Shown: positions 49,502 to 62,474 of the stretch, piece after piece
Position numbering within the stretch: the stretch's first letter is position 1
Layout of the letters: each line of letters starts with the position of its first letter
Translations under genes and position numbers: made by a program
NCBI GenBank assembly: GCA_002633005.1
Contig: NMRA01000054.1
Location: 1,162,927 to 1,226,926, forward strand
Source: Phoronis australis
Lineage: Eukaryota > Animalia > Phoronida
Direction: 5' to 3'
Length of the DNA: 64,000 nucleotides
Notes under the pieces: generated by a model
The model's input: the letters and a program-made list of their open reading frames with translations, nothing else
Told to the model about the DNA's origin: nothing
The model's database searches: none

Positions 49502-52500
49502 TGTAATCCTGGCTTTGACATAGGTGAGCATGCTAACTATACCTGTTGCGAATGCGCAAAACCATAGAACTCTAGTCATGGAATGCCAACACCCGCACGT
49601 GACCTATTAGAGCTTGCACCCCCAAGACTAGCCGCGAGAGTTAGCACTGAGAATTTCCGGCTTCCTGCTCGACTGAGTTTTGATGGAGAATTGTAGTTAT
49701 CAAAGCAAGTCTAATTTCATTTCTTCATTTTCATTTTGTTCTTATTGTTCATCAAGCGACACTATACGGTACGGTTCCATACGATCAGCGATTTCTCCGC
49801 AAAATTAGTCAACAAACCCGACAATTGCACTGGTCACTCTTTATAAGCATCGACCTGTGTCCTTGCATTGGGTGGATGCCGAGAGTAGTTTGGCCTTCGA
49901 TACCTTTTCAGCTCAAGTCGTCGTAGGACCAGTTTAGACAACACAACGTACTACATGCCAGAAAATTTTCAAAAAGAAAGTTTTGAGTGTTAAAATCATG
50001 TTCCAGTATTAAGGGAAAAGTTACATTTGGGGTTTATTTGACGATACAGACGCTGTACCTGAATCCTGGCGACGCACAGCCGGTCAAAAACTAACCCAGT
50101 TAAACTTAATGTTCCGCCAATTGGCCAACTATTGTCCTGTGATTGCCCGTAGCGCTATTGTCAAACAATCCACCTACCTTACTGGTATATGAAGTCATTA
50201 CGGCTTTCAGACATCTGGAGGACATTTCATTGGTTGTTCTTTTATTCGCCTCCAACACGACGAACGCCCGTTAGACCTATGTCAGCGACTCATGACATTC
50301 TAAGAAGATAATTTGCTCGGCCCGGACAACACCATTTGACATCATGGCGTGCTTAGAGAATTTAGCAGTCCTTACTTGGTTACGCTTGATTCACCCAGAT
50401 TTGCCTCATCTAGTCCAACAACGATATGGTCCCGAACTCCGAAGTAAGTCACTTGCATCGATCAAACCGGGAACTTTGCAGGCACTCCAGTCATTGCTTG
50501 ACGAGTTACAAACACTCGAAGATGCCAAGGCGTTGCGGGCTTTCCCTCGCAAGGCTACGTCGGTCCCTCGCCGAAGCCCAGCAAAATCATGTCCAATGTG
50601 TAAACAGGCTCATCTCTCCAACTTTGATCACTACTTGTCGCAGTGTCCCTACCTACCCGCAGAAGACGAACGCTATTTTACGAAGACCCGCTTCTCGAAG
50701 TTGATCATCCAGTCTCCCAGTGAGTCCCGACGAGATTTGTGAACACATAGCGAACGGAGTCCACATTATCCAGTCACCTTTCATCGACGCTGTGTGCCAC
50801 GATCAACCGGTACGGCTTACTCTCGATTGTGGTGCTACAGTAAATATGATACGCGAATATTGTGCCTGATCGTTCGGTACACCTATCGTCCCCAACACAC
50901 AGTATGCCTTCCAAGCTGATGTTGTCTCCCCACTTGATGTTGCCGGTGAAATCAAGATCACTTTCATGCTTGATAGCCACAAGTTGGTTTTCGAGGGCCT
51001 GGTCACTAAGACACTTGATGTAGACGTAAGTGCTGCTACCCATTTATGGTGAGAGACAACATCTCCGTGTACCCAGCTAAGAAAGAGGTTGGTGTAGGAG
51101 AAGTCGATGTCTATCGCCATGATCACTCTTATCTTTGTCAAGACAACCATTTCTCCGTAGAACACACGTTCTGCGTTCCCTCCTTCAGCCACTGTGGTAT
51201 GGCCAGGAGACAGTCTCGACATTGAAGTCCCTGCTGATTTACTTGGACATAACCAGGAGATAGCGATTGAATCCCTAACAGATTCCTCAAGTGCCCTAGT
51301 GATTTGTTGCCCAAACCACAAATCCTTACTGCCAACCAGGGCAAGGTACACCTACTAAACGACACAAATGAACCCCGATTCTTACGCAAGGACGAACGCT
51401 TTTGTCAGGTTCACCACGTCTTCACACCTACAATGGTACCACCCCCTAAACATACTCACCAACCACGCAGCATGTCCAACATTTTCGCTTTGCTTCAGTC
51501 GATCTTGATGGAGTTTTACCGGATGTCACCCGGAAAGCTGTCGAACGCCTTCATGAGTCTTTTGCTACTATCTTCACCCCGAATTTTACCGGTCACAATG
51601 AATACACTGGTCCATTTGAAGCCTCTGGTAACATGGGTCCCACTCAGCCGCTCCAAAGCAAGGGTCGTCTACCTATGTACACACTGACAAAACTCTACGA
51701 CCTCCAACAGAAGTTTCACGATCTTGAGGCGTTCGGTGCCTTTGTTCGTCCCGAAGGTGTGAAGTTCCAAGTGACAGCCTTTGCGGATGTTGGAAGATAT
51801 GCCAAACCCCAAGCATCGCTCATGCCCGATGTAGATTCGGTCCTACGCAAGATTGCCCAGTGGCGATTTATCGCCAAGACGGACCTCACGAGTGCCTTTT
51901 ATCAAATTCCCCGGTCTTGCGAGTCCATGAAGTACTGCAGCGTGGTAAACCCTTTCCATGACATTTGTGTCTATGCCAGATGTGCTGTTGGGATGTCGGG
52001 TTCAGAAACAACATTAGAAGAGCTTACCGTCCGCGTTCTTGGTGATTTTCTCGAACAAGGCATCGTAACCAAGTTGGCCTACGACTTGTACTGTGGTGAA
52101 TAGACCCCATCTGAGCTACATACCTTTTGGGAACTGGTACTTTCTGCCCTTGCTAAGTCTGGTTTACATTTGTTACCTACCAGAACGGTCATTTCCCTCA
52201 AGCGCACGACTAGTTTGGGTTGGAAATGGGAGGGTGGCACCCTTCAGGCTTGCAGTCATCGAATCACTACACTTGCTTCATGCAACAAGCCTACAACCGC
52301 GCGTCAGATGCGTTCATTTATTGGTGGCTTCAAGGTTCTGTTTAGGGTTATCCCTCATTGCTCCACCTATGTCTCCACTGGATGATGCTATTTCAGGCCG
52401 CGATTCCAAGGATCCATTGACATGGTCTGATAAGCTAGTCAGTGTATTTTCTGCCGCCCAGAAAGCACTCTCGTCTATCAAGGTCATCACACTCCCCTGT

Positions 52501-53715
52501 CCTGAGGACAACTTATGGATTGTGACAGACGCCTTTGCCAAGCACCCAGGGATAGCAGCCACCCTATATGTTACTAGGGAAGGAAAACCCAAGATCGCTT
52601 CCTTCTTCAGTGCCAAGCTTAAGTCCCGCCAAGTACTTTTGCTCCCTGTGAGGTTGAAGCTTAGGCAATTGATGTGGGCTTGAAGCACTTCAGCCTATAC
52701 CTCATCCAGTCCCAGCATCGTGCTACGGTCCTCAGTGACGGTAAGCCACGTGTTCAGGCCTTTGAGCGCTTATGTAGAGGTGATTTTTTTGAGTCTTCGA
52801 ATGTCTATAATTTTTGTCAGCTGTATCTTGGTTCCAAGCTACTGTTTGCCGTGTTTCAGGTGCCGCGAACATCGTATCAGACTTCGCAAGCCGACATAGT
52901 ATTTAGTGTTCAGACATGGCGTGCCAGGTGTGCTCCTTCGTGACCTCTACCAAAGATTGTGAGGCCTTTCGTTTATCCACAGACGACATCTTATCGGGTG
53001 TGTCGAGACTTCCGTTCACTACCCGCTCTGCTTGGCATAGTATCTAAACTGAGCTCTCGGACCTTCGCCGTACTTATGCTCATCTCACTCAGGGTACGCG
53101 TCCCAGTAAGAAGCTGATTGATGTTCGAGATGTGAAGCGTTACCTAAACATTGTCAAGGTCGCTAGCGATGGTTTACTAGTTGTCCGTAGAAATGCACCC
53201 CTCGCTCCGATTCTCGAATGCTTAGTTGTTCCCCGTTCTGCCTTAGACGGTCTACTCATGGCTCTTCATCTACGCTTGGACCATCCCTCGCCCAACCAAC
53301 AGAGGCTAGTTACCTAACGGTTATTTCTACACCCTCGACTTGGACTCTGCCATTGATAGATGTTCCAAATCTTGTCACCAGTGTTGCTCTCTTCAGACAG
53401 TCTCCAAGACGTTGATCACTCAAGATTCGTCTGACCCCCCCACTGTCGGTCTATCTTTCGCTGCAGATGTCATGAAACGTGATCGCCAATTGATCGTCAT
53501 GCTGCGGGAATGTGTGTTCTCCTACACCGTCGCACGCATTTTCGAGAGTGAACGCCGTGACGACTTGCAAAATTGTCTTCTTCAAGTGTGCATAGAACTT
53601 TGTCCTTTGGATGTTCCTCCAGCAGTTATCCGTACGCATCAGGCCTCCCGGCTTCAGTGCATTGAAGGACGATGATCTCCTTAAACGACACAGGATTGCT
53701 ATTGGGTTTGGTGAA
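49502..53715 (+). mobile_element. Degraded Ty3/Gypsy LTR retrotransposon (gag, RT, RNase H, integrase), in sense orientation to the host gene
   Basis: gag-like LENLAVLTWLRLIHPDLPHLVQQRYGPELRSKSLASIKP; RT KTDLTSAFYQIP...KLAYDLYCG; MRSFIGGFKVL; RNase H LWIVTDA...FFSAKL; integrase [10 protein letters not shown]...CHQC and SFAADVMKR. Boundaries are approximate; tgtaatcc at 49502 may be an LTR start. Confidence 0.85.
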
Positions 53716-53886
53716 CACGTTGGGAGTATATGTGCGCTTTCTGTTGATCTTGTTTTTCAGGATACGTAGTCTTTATCATAAGTTTGAAGTTGACAATCTG
53801 TCTAGTTCATTTTCAAAAACTTGAAAAACCTCTTTCATAATCGGTGCCATACCACCAAAATGCAATGCAACTAATTTTATTTCTAA

Positions 53887-54066
<180 letters not shown>

Positions 54067-54689
54067 TAAGAAAATTCACCTTCATCTATCTAGTTACCTA
54101 CCTACCCATCTACGTACTTTCTCTTGCCATCTGTACATTGCTTGTTCTTCTTAATTCATTCATTTTTCTTTTACGAGTCTTATTTGTCTAAATGTATGTC
54201 TTTCTTAGAGTGTTTCGTGGTGTTATATTGTATTGCATTATTTTGTGTGCCATCGTTATAACATCAATTAATCATTCAATCGATTAATCAACACTGGTGA
54301 CAACCAGGGAAATGTTGGAGGTGACCGCGAGGAAATTCAAAAAAAATCATTCGAATGTTTAAACGCACTTATCATAAGCTGAGGGCTGCTGCGTTGAAAG
54401 CAAACGCAGACGAGTCGATCGCTTCAAATTTGTGGCCTGTGGTCTGTTGCATGAAAAGTGACTTGAAAGATTTGTAATGTCATTATTAGAAATAACTGCT
54501 TGGAAATATAGTGTACAAATTTTCTGAATAACTAACAATTATGGATATGTTCTCAGATACGTTATTCGTTTGTTAAATAGAGTTTAGTATTTTTCAGAAA
54601 TAGTTATGTCGAGAGTAAAACCAAATTTCAGACGCAATTCTTACATCATTTTTCATGAAACATGCCCCTGAACACTGGTCTCTTTACAG

Positions 54690-54877
54690 GAATGCGGAAA
54701 TCATAATCAGTGGAAAACAGTACGGCACAGGCAACGGCAAGTACCATATTCTCAAGGCCGGCTGTAGAGGTACCGAAGTTTCTCTGGATAGGTGTGTGCA
54801 TGGACAGTGGCCGGATAGTAATAAAGCAACGTGCTCCACGGGAGGCGTGGCTTCAGTGAAGTGTACAGACCACCGAA
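54690..54877 (+). CDS. Mosaic gene exon J: SRCR domain 1, C-terminal half
   Basis: Acceptor tctctttacag|, donor |gtaagc, 188 nt, phase 2-1. Encodes NAEIIISGKQYGTGNGKYHILKAGCRGTEVSLDRCVHGQWPDSNKATCSTGGVASVKCTDHR; with exon I this gives a 6-Cys group A-like SRCR. Confidence 0.92.
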
Positions 54878-55308
54878 GTAAGCATTTTTCATCATTAAAC
54901 TAAATTCGGCAAATCATGTAAATATAGCTTCTTTTTCTAGCTATAGTCTGGCGGCAGAATCTCAAAATTCCAGAGAATCTTGCAATCGTCCTTACAGTAG
55001 TTGTTTTCAGAGCTTGGTGGGCTTCTTTGAGTGCGACCGATTGACAACAGTACACTTGCCAGTGCTGCGTCAAGATGGCCGACAGTATGGCTGGCGCATG
55101 TGATGAGAATCTTCATTTCATCGTAGCCTGGGACCTGAATACAGTAGGAAAAAGATTTTGACACAGTTTACAATGATTCCAATGTCAAGAAATTCGATTT
55201 TGTGTTTATTTTAGCTATTGGAAATAAGCAGAAGGATCCAAATACAACTTAGAACACAACTTTTAAAAACTATACATGCACGTACATGTATGTTGCATGT
55301 CAGCTTTT

Positions 55309-55452
55309 GTATATATATATATGTGTGTGTGTGTATGTGTGTGTTTATTTGTGTGTGTGTGTGTTGGCGTATGAAAGTATGCATGTATGTATGCGTGTAT
55401 GAATGCGTGAATGTATGAGTGTCAGCACATGTACATGAATGTAATATGCGTA
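55309..55452. repeat. (TA)n/(TG)n/(TATG)n compound microsatellite
   Basis: Directly visible. Confidence 0.9.
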
Positions 55453-56169
55453 TGCGCTCGATAACAGGATGAGACACTAACCCCTGGAACTTCATCCGTT
55501 GTAACGTACTACGACAACTGCATTGCTAACTATGATCATATGCAAAAAGACGTCATAGATGAACCAAAGCGGCTGAACTTTACCGTAGAAACGCGCGTTA
55601 CGCAGTCACCCTGTCATGGATTTATGTCGTGCAATTTTTGGGTCGTACCACTGAGAAAAGTTTAATCCGATACTTACATATGCATCAGAAGGCATCATTT
55701 TGGGCTTAGTAATCCGTAACTTATTGTAAGTTTAATGTATTTTTCTTTGTGTCCATGCATGATTAAGGCTTGCGGTAGGTAAAACTTGTTCTATGAAACT
55801 TTTTTTAACCAGTAACCATGCATTTTGTATAATTACGAAGGGTACGGTTAAAATTCGTAGTTACCTTAAAACCCCAAATATGATACAATGGGTTCATAAA
55901 CGAAGTAATGCATTTTCTGGAAACCTATAAAATGTAAAGTTCCCAAATGTAATGCCATGGCCTCGTATTGGAGTATTAGGCCGTTGGTTCGAGTGTGAGA
56001 CCACTCTTATTGTGTTCTTGCTCTTTGCCACTCATTCAACACTTCCCGAGTTATAATACTGGGTAACGTTTCCGAAACCTCGCATTCGAATATGAGGCCG
56101 TTGGTTCGGGTGTAAAGCCAACCTTATTTTGTTCTTGCTTTTCCATTCATTGAAGACTTGCTACGTTAT

Positions 56170-56840
56170 AAACTGATTGGTTTTACGGTAAAACATTCTA
56201 CTGTACAAGGTCTTTTCTGAGTCACACTGTCGCACGAAATGTGTATAAATTCCAGTGGAGTTGCTTTGCTACCTGAGTTTTCCTTATCTTCGTGCCGGGC
56301 AGTTTCTGGGGCATCTTGAAATATCACATGCAGCCGCAAGCCAAAATAGGCCTTGAACGCTTTTTCGGAAACAAGAAACGCCACTGAACAAGTTTTGGGC
56401 AACTGCCTGTACCTGTTTGAAAGGGTGTTTACTTGGCTGACCTGGTTATTAAACAAAACAAAGGACCCCACAAAACGTCCATGTTTTTCAAAAACCATTC
56501 AATTGCTTAACATGGTACAGTTGTCACCAAAGTATCTGGTGCCTCAATTATTTGAGAAAGTGGTTAGTGCATGAGCCTTAGCTTTGCAATCAGTCACATG
56601 CGCGTGGTCTCCTTGTATAAACGTAGGCACGCGCCTTTTTGCGGAATAATGCGTTTCATTGGCAACATTTTTATATTCAAATATCACCCACATAGGCGTA
56701 TGTGTATAAGCTACGCAATCAGACGCAGCTTCACAAATTGGGTCATGCGCACAGCTGCATGGTTTTACTGTAAAACAAAACATTTTTGCAAATTCCGTAT
56801 TAATCGTGCACATTTTCAGGGGTGCAGGATGATCCATCGA
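56170..56840 (-). mobile_element. Possible CACTA/EnSpm transposase remnant
   Basis: Fragments PLKMCTIN..., MTQFVKL and PMWVIFEYKN resemble the C-terminal CT.N.H...GPLW...F.FE.. region of EnSpm transposases. Heavily decayed. Confidence 0.3.
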
Positions 56841-59800
56841 TTCATGATGTTAACCTCATATTTATACGTAGTTCTCCAAGTGCCGTTTGTTGTTATTGTT
56901 AAGCGTAAATTTGAGTATTTTATATCATGTAGTGCGTCTTTAGTGAAACGTTCCATCACCGTAGCTAGAATATTCCACTGACGCAACTTAAGTTGTCGTN
57001 TGTCTGGGTAATACCTTATTAAGTATTCAATTTAAGTCCTTTTTTCGAAGCTCATTTATTTGAGAAAAGCTCATTTCAAATGAGAAGGTGTTTTTAGTGA
57101 AACGTTCCATCACCGTAGCTAGAATATTCCACTGACGCAACTTAAGTTGTCGTGACAATTCGTACCTTTGTTTCAATCTGGACAATTTATTAGAATTAGG
57201 GCCTGCAGCGCTGACTCAAATTATCAGAATCTCAAAGTTATGACAGTTTGGGACGTTGTGATAATTTGAACCTGCACAGCGCCTTTGTTGCTGTATGTCA
57301 AGTCACGCTTTGGCCAAAAAAATCATCGTTCAAATGACGTCGTATGGAGGTCGCAAGGTATCGTTAAATTTGCGAGATCCAAGCGCCGTGGCATGGTTAT
57401 CACCTGTAGGGCGCTACCACTGTTTTCCTTTGTTGCGTCTTTGTTGGATATAACAATACAGGTCGCTCGGATACCGTACCTTGGGCGCACATCAGCCAGT
57501 TACCGATAAATGCTTTCCCTAGAAGAAAGAAAAACAAAGCGCACAATGGATACGCCATTCAACCGGTCTCTCAGCGACTAGCTTACGACCTAGTGTCCTG
57601 TAATTCAATTTTCTACCTACTTTAGTATCGAGTAATATGTTTGTCGAACTGTTAATCTAACCGAAATTTTTACCTCGATTGTCAAAGCCCAGTCTCGAAT
57701 AGCGGACACTTATTTCATTTCTTCAAATGCCGACTGCGTTTGTCAGGAACCATTATATCCAATTTTAGTGATGCTAACTCTAGTTTAACAATGCTTATTT
57801 CTGTCTTGTCTCTTCCAAAATTATGAAACCTTTGTACCGTTGTGATTCGTCAATTATTTCGGTCCAGTGTCCGACTCCATTCTCTGTGCCGGCTGTGGTC
57901 GTGAACTCAAATTACTTCCGTGGCATCTGAATCCCGTTTTCTACTATTGGGCATTGACTTATCAGTGAATAGCATGCATTCCCACAACACCTTGGACAAG
58001 AATAAATTGAGGGAAACTTGCTGCAATCACATGCATTATCTCAGCCACAATTTGATGCTCGATATGTTCCTTCTTGCTATGTTCCCAGAAATACAGCAAG
58101 ATAATTGCTCTATGCCTCATCAAATGGACTAGACTTTGTTTTAAAGAATCACATATTTTTCCTGAATATAGAATTTAGTTCAGTGTCAACACGTTTGTTT
58201 TCAATCTCTATTCATTGCTGCTGCTCAGACGATTTTCCCAATGCCAGTGATACCTTCTTCCGCCACCATTTCTCTTGTCACTCTAATCCCACTTTCCTTA
58301 AGATCGATGCTATGCGTGATTTCTTGCTGTGTACCAAGTCCAGAAACGACACTTTGCAGGGGGATCGGAAATCAGTGGCAACCTGTGGGCACTTTTCAAA
58401 AAGGTGCAAACGCAAAACTGGATTAAGTTTCGACTGGGAGGAGGATTTTTTGCAATTAACAGGGCACTTGGCTCCGTTGTGCCGCCGTAACCGTGCCACT
58501 ATTACCAGTTACTGACAACATACAATTACACACTGTTTTGCCTTTGATAGGCTACCTTTCGGCTTTCACATAGGGCGATAGCCTCACCACTAGTCAACAT
58601 GAAACTGAAAAGGCCGACACTGTGACGGCTGTTTCCAAATCTCGAATGAAGGTCCATTGCTTCTTTGAGGAAGAGCTTTTGTATAAAAAATGACGTCAGA
58701 AATCAGGCTCATTGGTTTTAGGTCTTATAGGATCAACTGGATGACTAATAAAACCCGTTGACCCTACCAGATCATAACGGAACTAGTAAGCACTGAGTCG
58801 ATTAGGCATGGGAAATAAGGACTACCTAAGGCCCGGTAATTCTTATCCCGGGGAAATATAAGAACAGGAGAACATAGAGCCGGTGTAACATTGGACGTAG
58901 AGCACAATGCTAACCTGCCCGAGGACATGGAGACAGAGGAACAGCGGTTGGGGAAAGATGGGTGAGAAGAATATAGAGTGGGTACCGGAAACACAAACAT
59001 AGACCGCCAAAGAGGGTTACAAAACATTTTGTCATATTCAGAAAAAAACCTTTTTCTTTTCGAAACTGCACTTAAAATGATGCCTAGCTAGTTTCATGAC
59101 TGTTTCAGCTATGTTGCTCACACGACTTACATGTCTTGTGACGCTGAAGATTATGTAATTTCTAACTTCCTACGACCTTATGATACACATTCTCGTTATC
59201 TTCTAAAGACATCCATTCTTCACACTGACTTCTGCTCATGTCAGTGGCAAGAAATAAATCATATGATCAGATGAATTTACGGTTCAAGAGCCATTCTACG
59301 TAAAAAGCAGTATTAAGATCAAATGGGTAATTGTTAATGCACTTTTCACAGGGACTATCGTGTTCAATCATATCTTGCGTGGCCACTTCACCCAAAGACT
59401 CGTCAATCGAAAGTTTGGTTCAATAAATCTTTGAAATAGCCGTGTCATTTCTACAGATTAATTTTGGAATATTGGATTCAATTAATTTCCAAAACACCTT
59501 AGGATTATTTTCGAAACGTTTAATAGCTTCAATAAGTTGGATTTCATATGCTTTCTCTTTCTGTTTAAACAGATCACGGGCAGCCTTCTTTTTATTTTAT
59601 ACGCATTGAGGTAAAAGACAAAAGAAATACAACGAATTGTATCGTAGTTACTAATTATGAAATTGGTTGAATATCTAGAGAATGCTTTTAGAGAGTGGGA
59701 ATTAATCCTATTTAGAACAGAGATTGTTATTTCGTTGTAGTAAATAAGACGAAGAATTTCAAACCTGATACACGCTCTTGATGACAATTTGTCGGATGAG

Positions 59801-60249
59801 GGACTTAAATTTTGGGTTGTATTTTTGGAATACTGGTAGAATAGTGATTCAAGTACTCAAGAACTCTAATATGTCTAGGCGGTTTATGTTGGATCGGTCT
59901 GATAAAGAGGTTGTTAGTGAGTAACCACATCGAATTCTACACAAAATGGCAAAAATAACTAACGCTATGGCGGCAAAACGCACAATAAAGACACACACGT
60001 ATAACGTTCGTATCGTGTTCTAATGATATAATACAATTCCCGCCCTTTTTATCTTAAACTATCCTTCTGATTTCGGATACGTCGTCCAATATGATGGTCT
60101 GCCGTTCCAGTCTGAGATCCATTTGATGCGTCCACTTATATGTGTTGTCACTGTTTTGTCCGGTTGTCCGTGTGTATCCTCTACATGTATATCTCAAAAA
60201 CCCCTGTTCGAATCTTGATGAAATTTCGAACAAGGACATCACAAAAACA

Positions 60250-61352
60250 GGGATTGTTCCAAAACCCCTCGACACCCCACACCCCCTCGACCCACGAACC
60301 CCTCGACCCACCACTTACATTACCCAAAGCCAGGTTCGGCTCCGTCAGGTTATCGGCTCACCTTCGGGTTCATTGGGTCTGGCTGGTACCTAAGAACACT
60401 GTACAGCTGTACAAACCGGCACAAATTGCAGCAGACAACCACACGTTTTAAACGCAACACGAACAAGGCGTATATAATCGAAAGTGGAACAACGCACCTT
60501 TTCTGAGAGAAACGGCAGGTAGACCTCCTAAGCATCAAAACAGGCCGATGCCCCTTTCGTCCAATAGCAGGACAAGAAGGCCGACGATGTTCACTAATCA
60601 CGTCGAACTACTTTTCAGTTTGACGGATCGAGAGTGCGAGTAGACCTGGCCAGAGAAGTTGGCACGCGAGCTGGCACGCGCTCTGTCTGCACGAGACCTG
60701 CTGTGGGGAGCCAGAGGGTACTACACTAACATGTTCGTCCGCTGTAACAATGTTTCAAGCAACAAAACTCAAAATTCTAATTTATTACATCAAGACATGG
60801 CCTGTGCAACACTGAAATAAGTAGGGGGCTATTGCTCCCCAAGTCACCTATGGTGCACCGCCCATGAAAGATTTTCAAAAGGGTGAAATGAATTAAACGT
60901 CATTAACGACAGTCCCATATCTGACACTGAATAATTACAATAAAGACACAAAATCGAAGACAAGAAAGCAGGAATCATGATGAAATGCACAACGTTCAAC
61001 TAAGAATTAAACTGATTTTATCTCAGAAAACACTTTTAATTAGAAGTTGTTCGGAGCTTTTTTATAAAAAAACTTCGACTTTCTTACGTGAATGTGTTTT
61101 TCTTTTGCTTTTATTTTCGCAAAAAATTGCGAGGTCAATGATTGCCAAACTCTCTGTTAAACCACGTGATGGCAGTTAAGTTTTAAAAGAATGTCACTCC
61201 GCGACGTTATACGATTAAGAAATAAGTAAAAAGCGCAAGTATACCTCTATTGCCAAAGTCGTGGGTCGAAGGGGTCATGGGTCGAGGGGGTCCTGGGTAG
61301 AGGGAGCCGTGGGTCAAAGAGGTTGTGGGTCGAGGGGTTTTAGAACAATCCC
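60250..61352. mobile_element. Non-autonomous TIR element with subterminal CCCCTCGACCCAC arrays
   Basis: gggattgttccaaaacccctcgac (60250) pairs with gtcgaggggttttagaacaatccc (ends 61352), 24 bp with 1 mismatch. Tandem motifs lie inside both ends. Confidence 0.75.
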
Positions 61353-62329
61353 TAGAGCGGTTCATGCCACTTTTCATTCTGGCCCGCCCTTTGCTGTATT
61401 TCTTGGGGGAAAAGCGTTTCCGGGTGATATCTAAAGAACGTATTGACGGATTTCGGTGAAACTTGACACAAAGGTGTGTGAGACGAATGCGCCTGTACGA
61501 TTATATTTTTGGGCGGATTCACCCTAGAGTCAGCAGTATCACGTAGGTGATCCTCTGCTCGTTAACCTGGCAATTGATGAAAAGAGGCAACCTTTTTTAG
61601 TCGTACCTATGACGAAATGCGCACCCTGAGGCTTGGAAGCCCACCACAGAATGATCCGTACATATTACGTATTCAATATCTACTGGCTGTGATGCTTTGG
61701 ACTACTGCTATCATAACGTTTTTCGTAAAACATGGTTAATGCAATCTCTTAAAACCAATGATCAAACCCGTTTTACTCAATTATTGAGATTTTATATTTT
61801 TTACATTTCACGGTATGATTTTTTGATGAGGTGTGAAATGTGTAAATATGGCTTCGTGTGTACAAACCCTAGGTAAAGGGATATAAATGTTTTCTTTGGG
61901 ACTTACTTTCAGATTGATGGTACATGAAGGACATTGCTTATGAGTGCAAGCTTTGGAGTATCAAGGGGGAGGGGAGGTGGGGGGAGGCTGGCACTGTTCA
62001 TTGCCTCTCGGTTGACATGGTTCGTCAACTGTGCGTCGGTTCCCCTGTTAATCGCAAAGTGACCCCAACTTGACACTCATTTCACCCCCTTCCCCCTGTC
62101 GCCAACAATTCCGCGTTTGCTGTACCAAGTGAAACACTGCTGCTTATGGCAGTAAGTGCGAGGATTTAATTTGTTCTATTTGATTTTGTATAGACGGCAA
62201 GTATACCACAGATGCTAAGTCGTCTTATTGTTCACAGAAAAGTACAAACCTGCTCTTGATGAGCTGCGGTCGTGTGTATAACAGAAACACGTGCAAATTT
62301 AAAAGAAATAACCAATTATCTTTTAACAG

Positions 62330-62474
62330 CTATTCGGCTTGATTTCGGGAAAAGTCTTAATCAGGGAGCCATACAAGTTTATATGCACCACGAAGGAACA
62401 TGGGGCTATATTTGCTGGAACGACAACTGGAATTTAAAAGCCGCTGAAGTTGCTTGCAAGCAGCTAGGATTCTA
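62330..62474 (+). CDS. Mosaic gene exon K: SRCR domain 2, N-terminal half; the gene continues beyond the window
   Basis: Acceptor tcttttaacag|, donor |gtaagt, 145 nt, phase 1-2, split at the same point as exon I. Encodes IRLDFGKSLNQGAIQVYMHHEGTWGYICWNDNWNLKAAEVACKQLGF. Confidence 0.9.

Noticed and set aside
55975-56150. Two-copy ~118-bp tandem duplication (ggccgttggttcg.gtgt...ttcttgct)
   Set aside because: An ordinary local duplication; the ggttcg motif lacks an A box and tRNA structure.
57864-57970. PVSDSILCAG, resembling the trypsin MLCAG motif expected in an SRCR/kringle protease
   Set aside because: No GDSGGP follows, a stop comes soon after, there is no convincing splice pair, and it lies between two SRCR domains.
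57950-58500. Minus-strand CDCSKFPSIYSC, a SWIM-like zinc finger remnant
   Set aside because: Too decayed, the final His is missing and no element ends were found.
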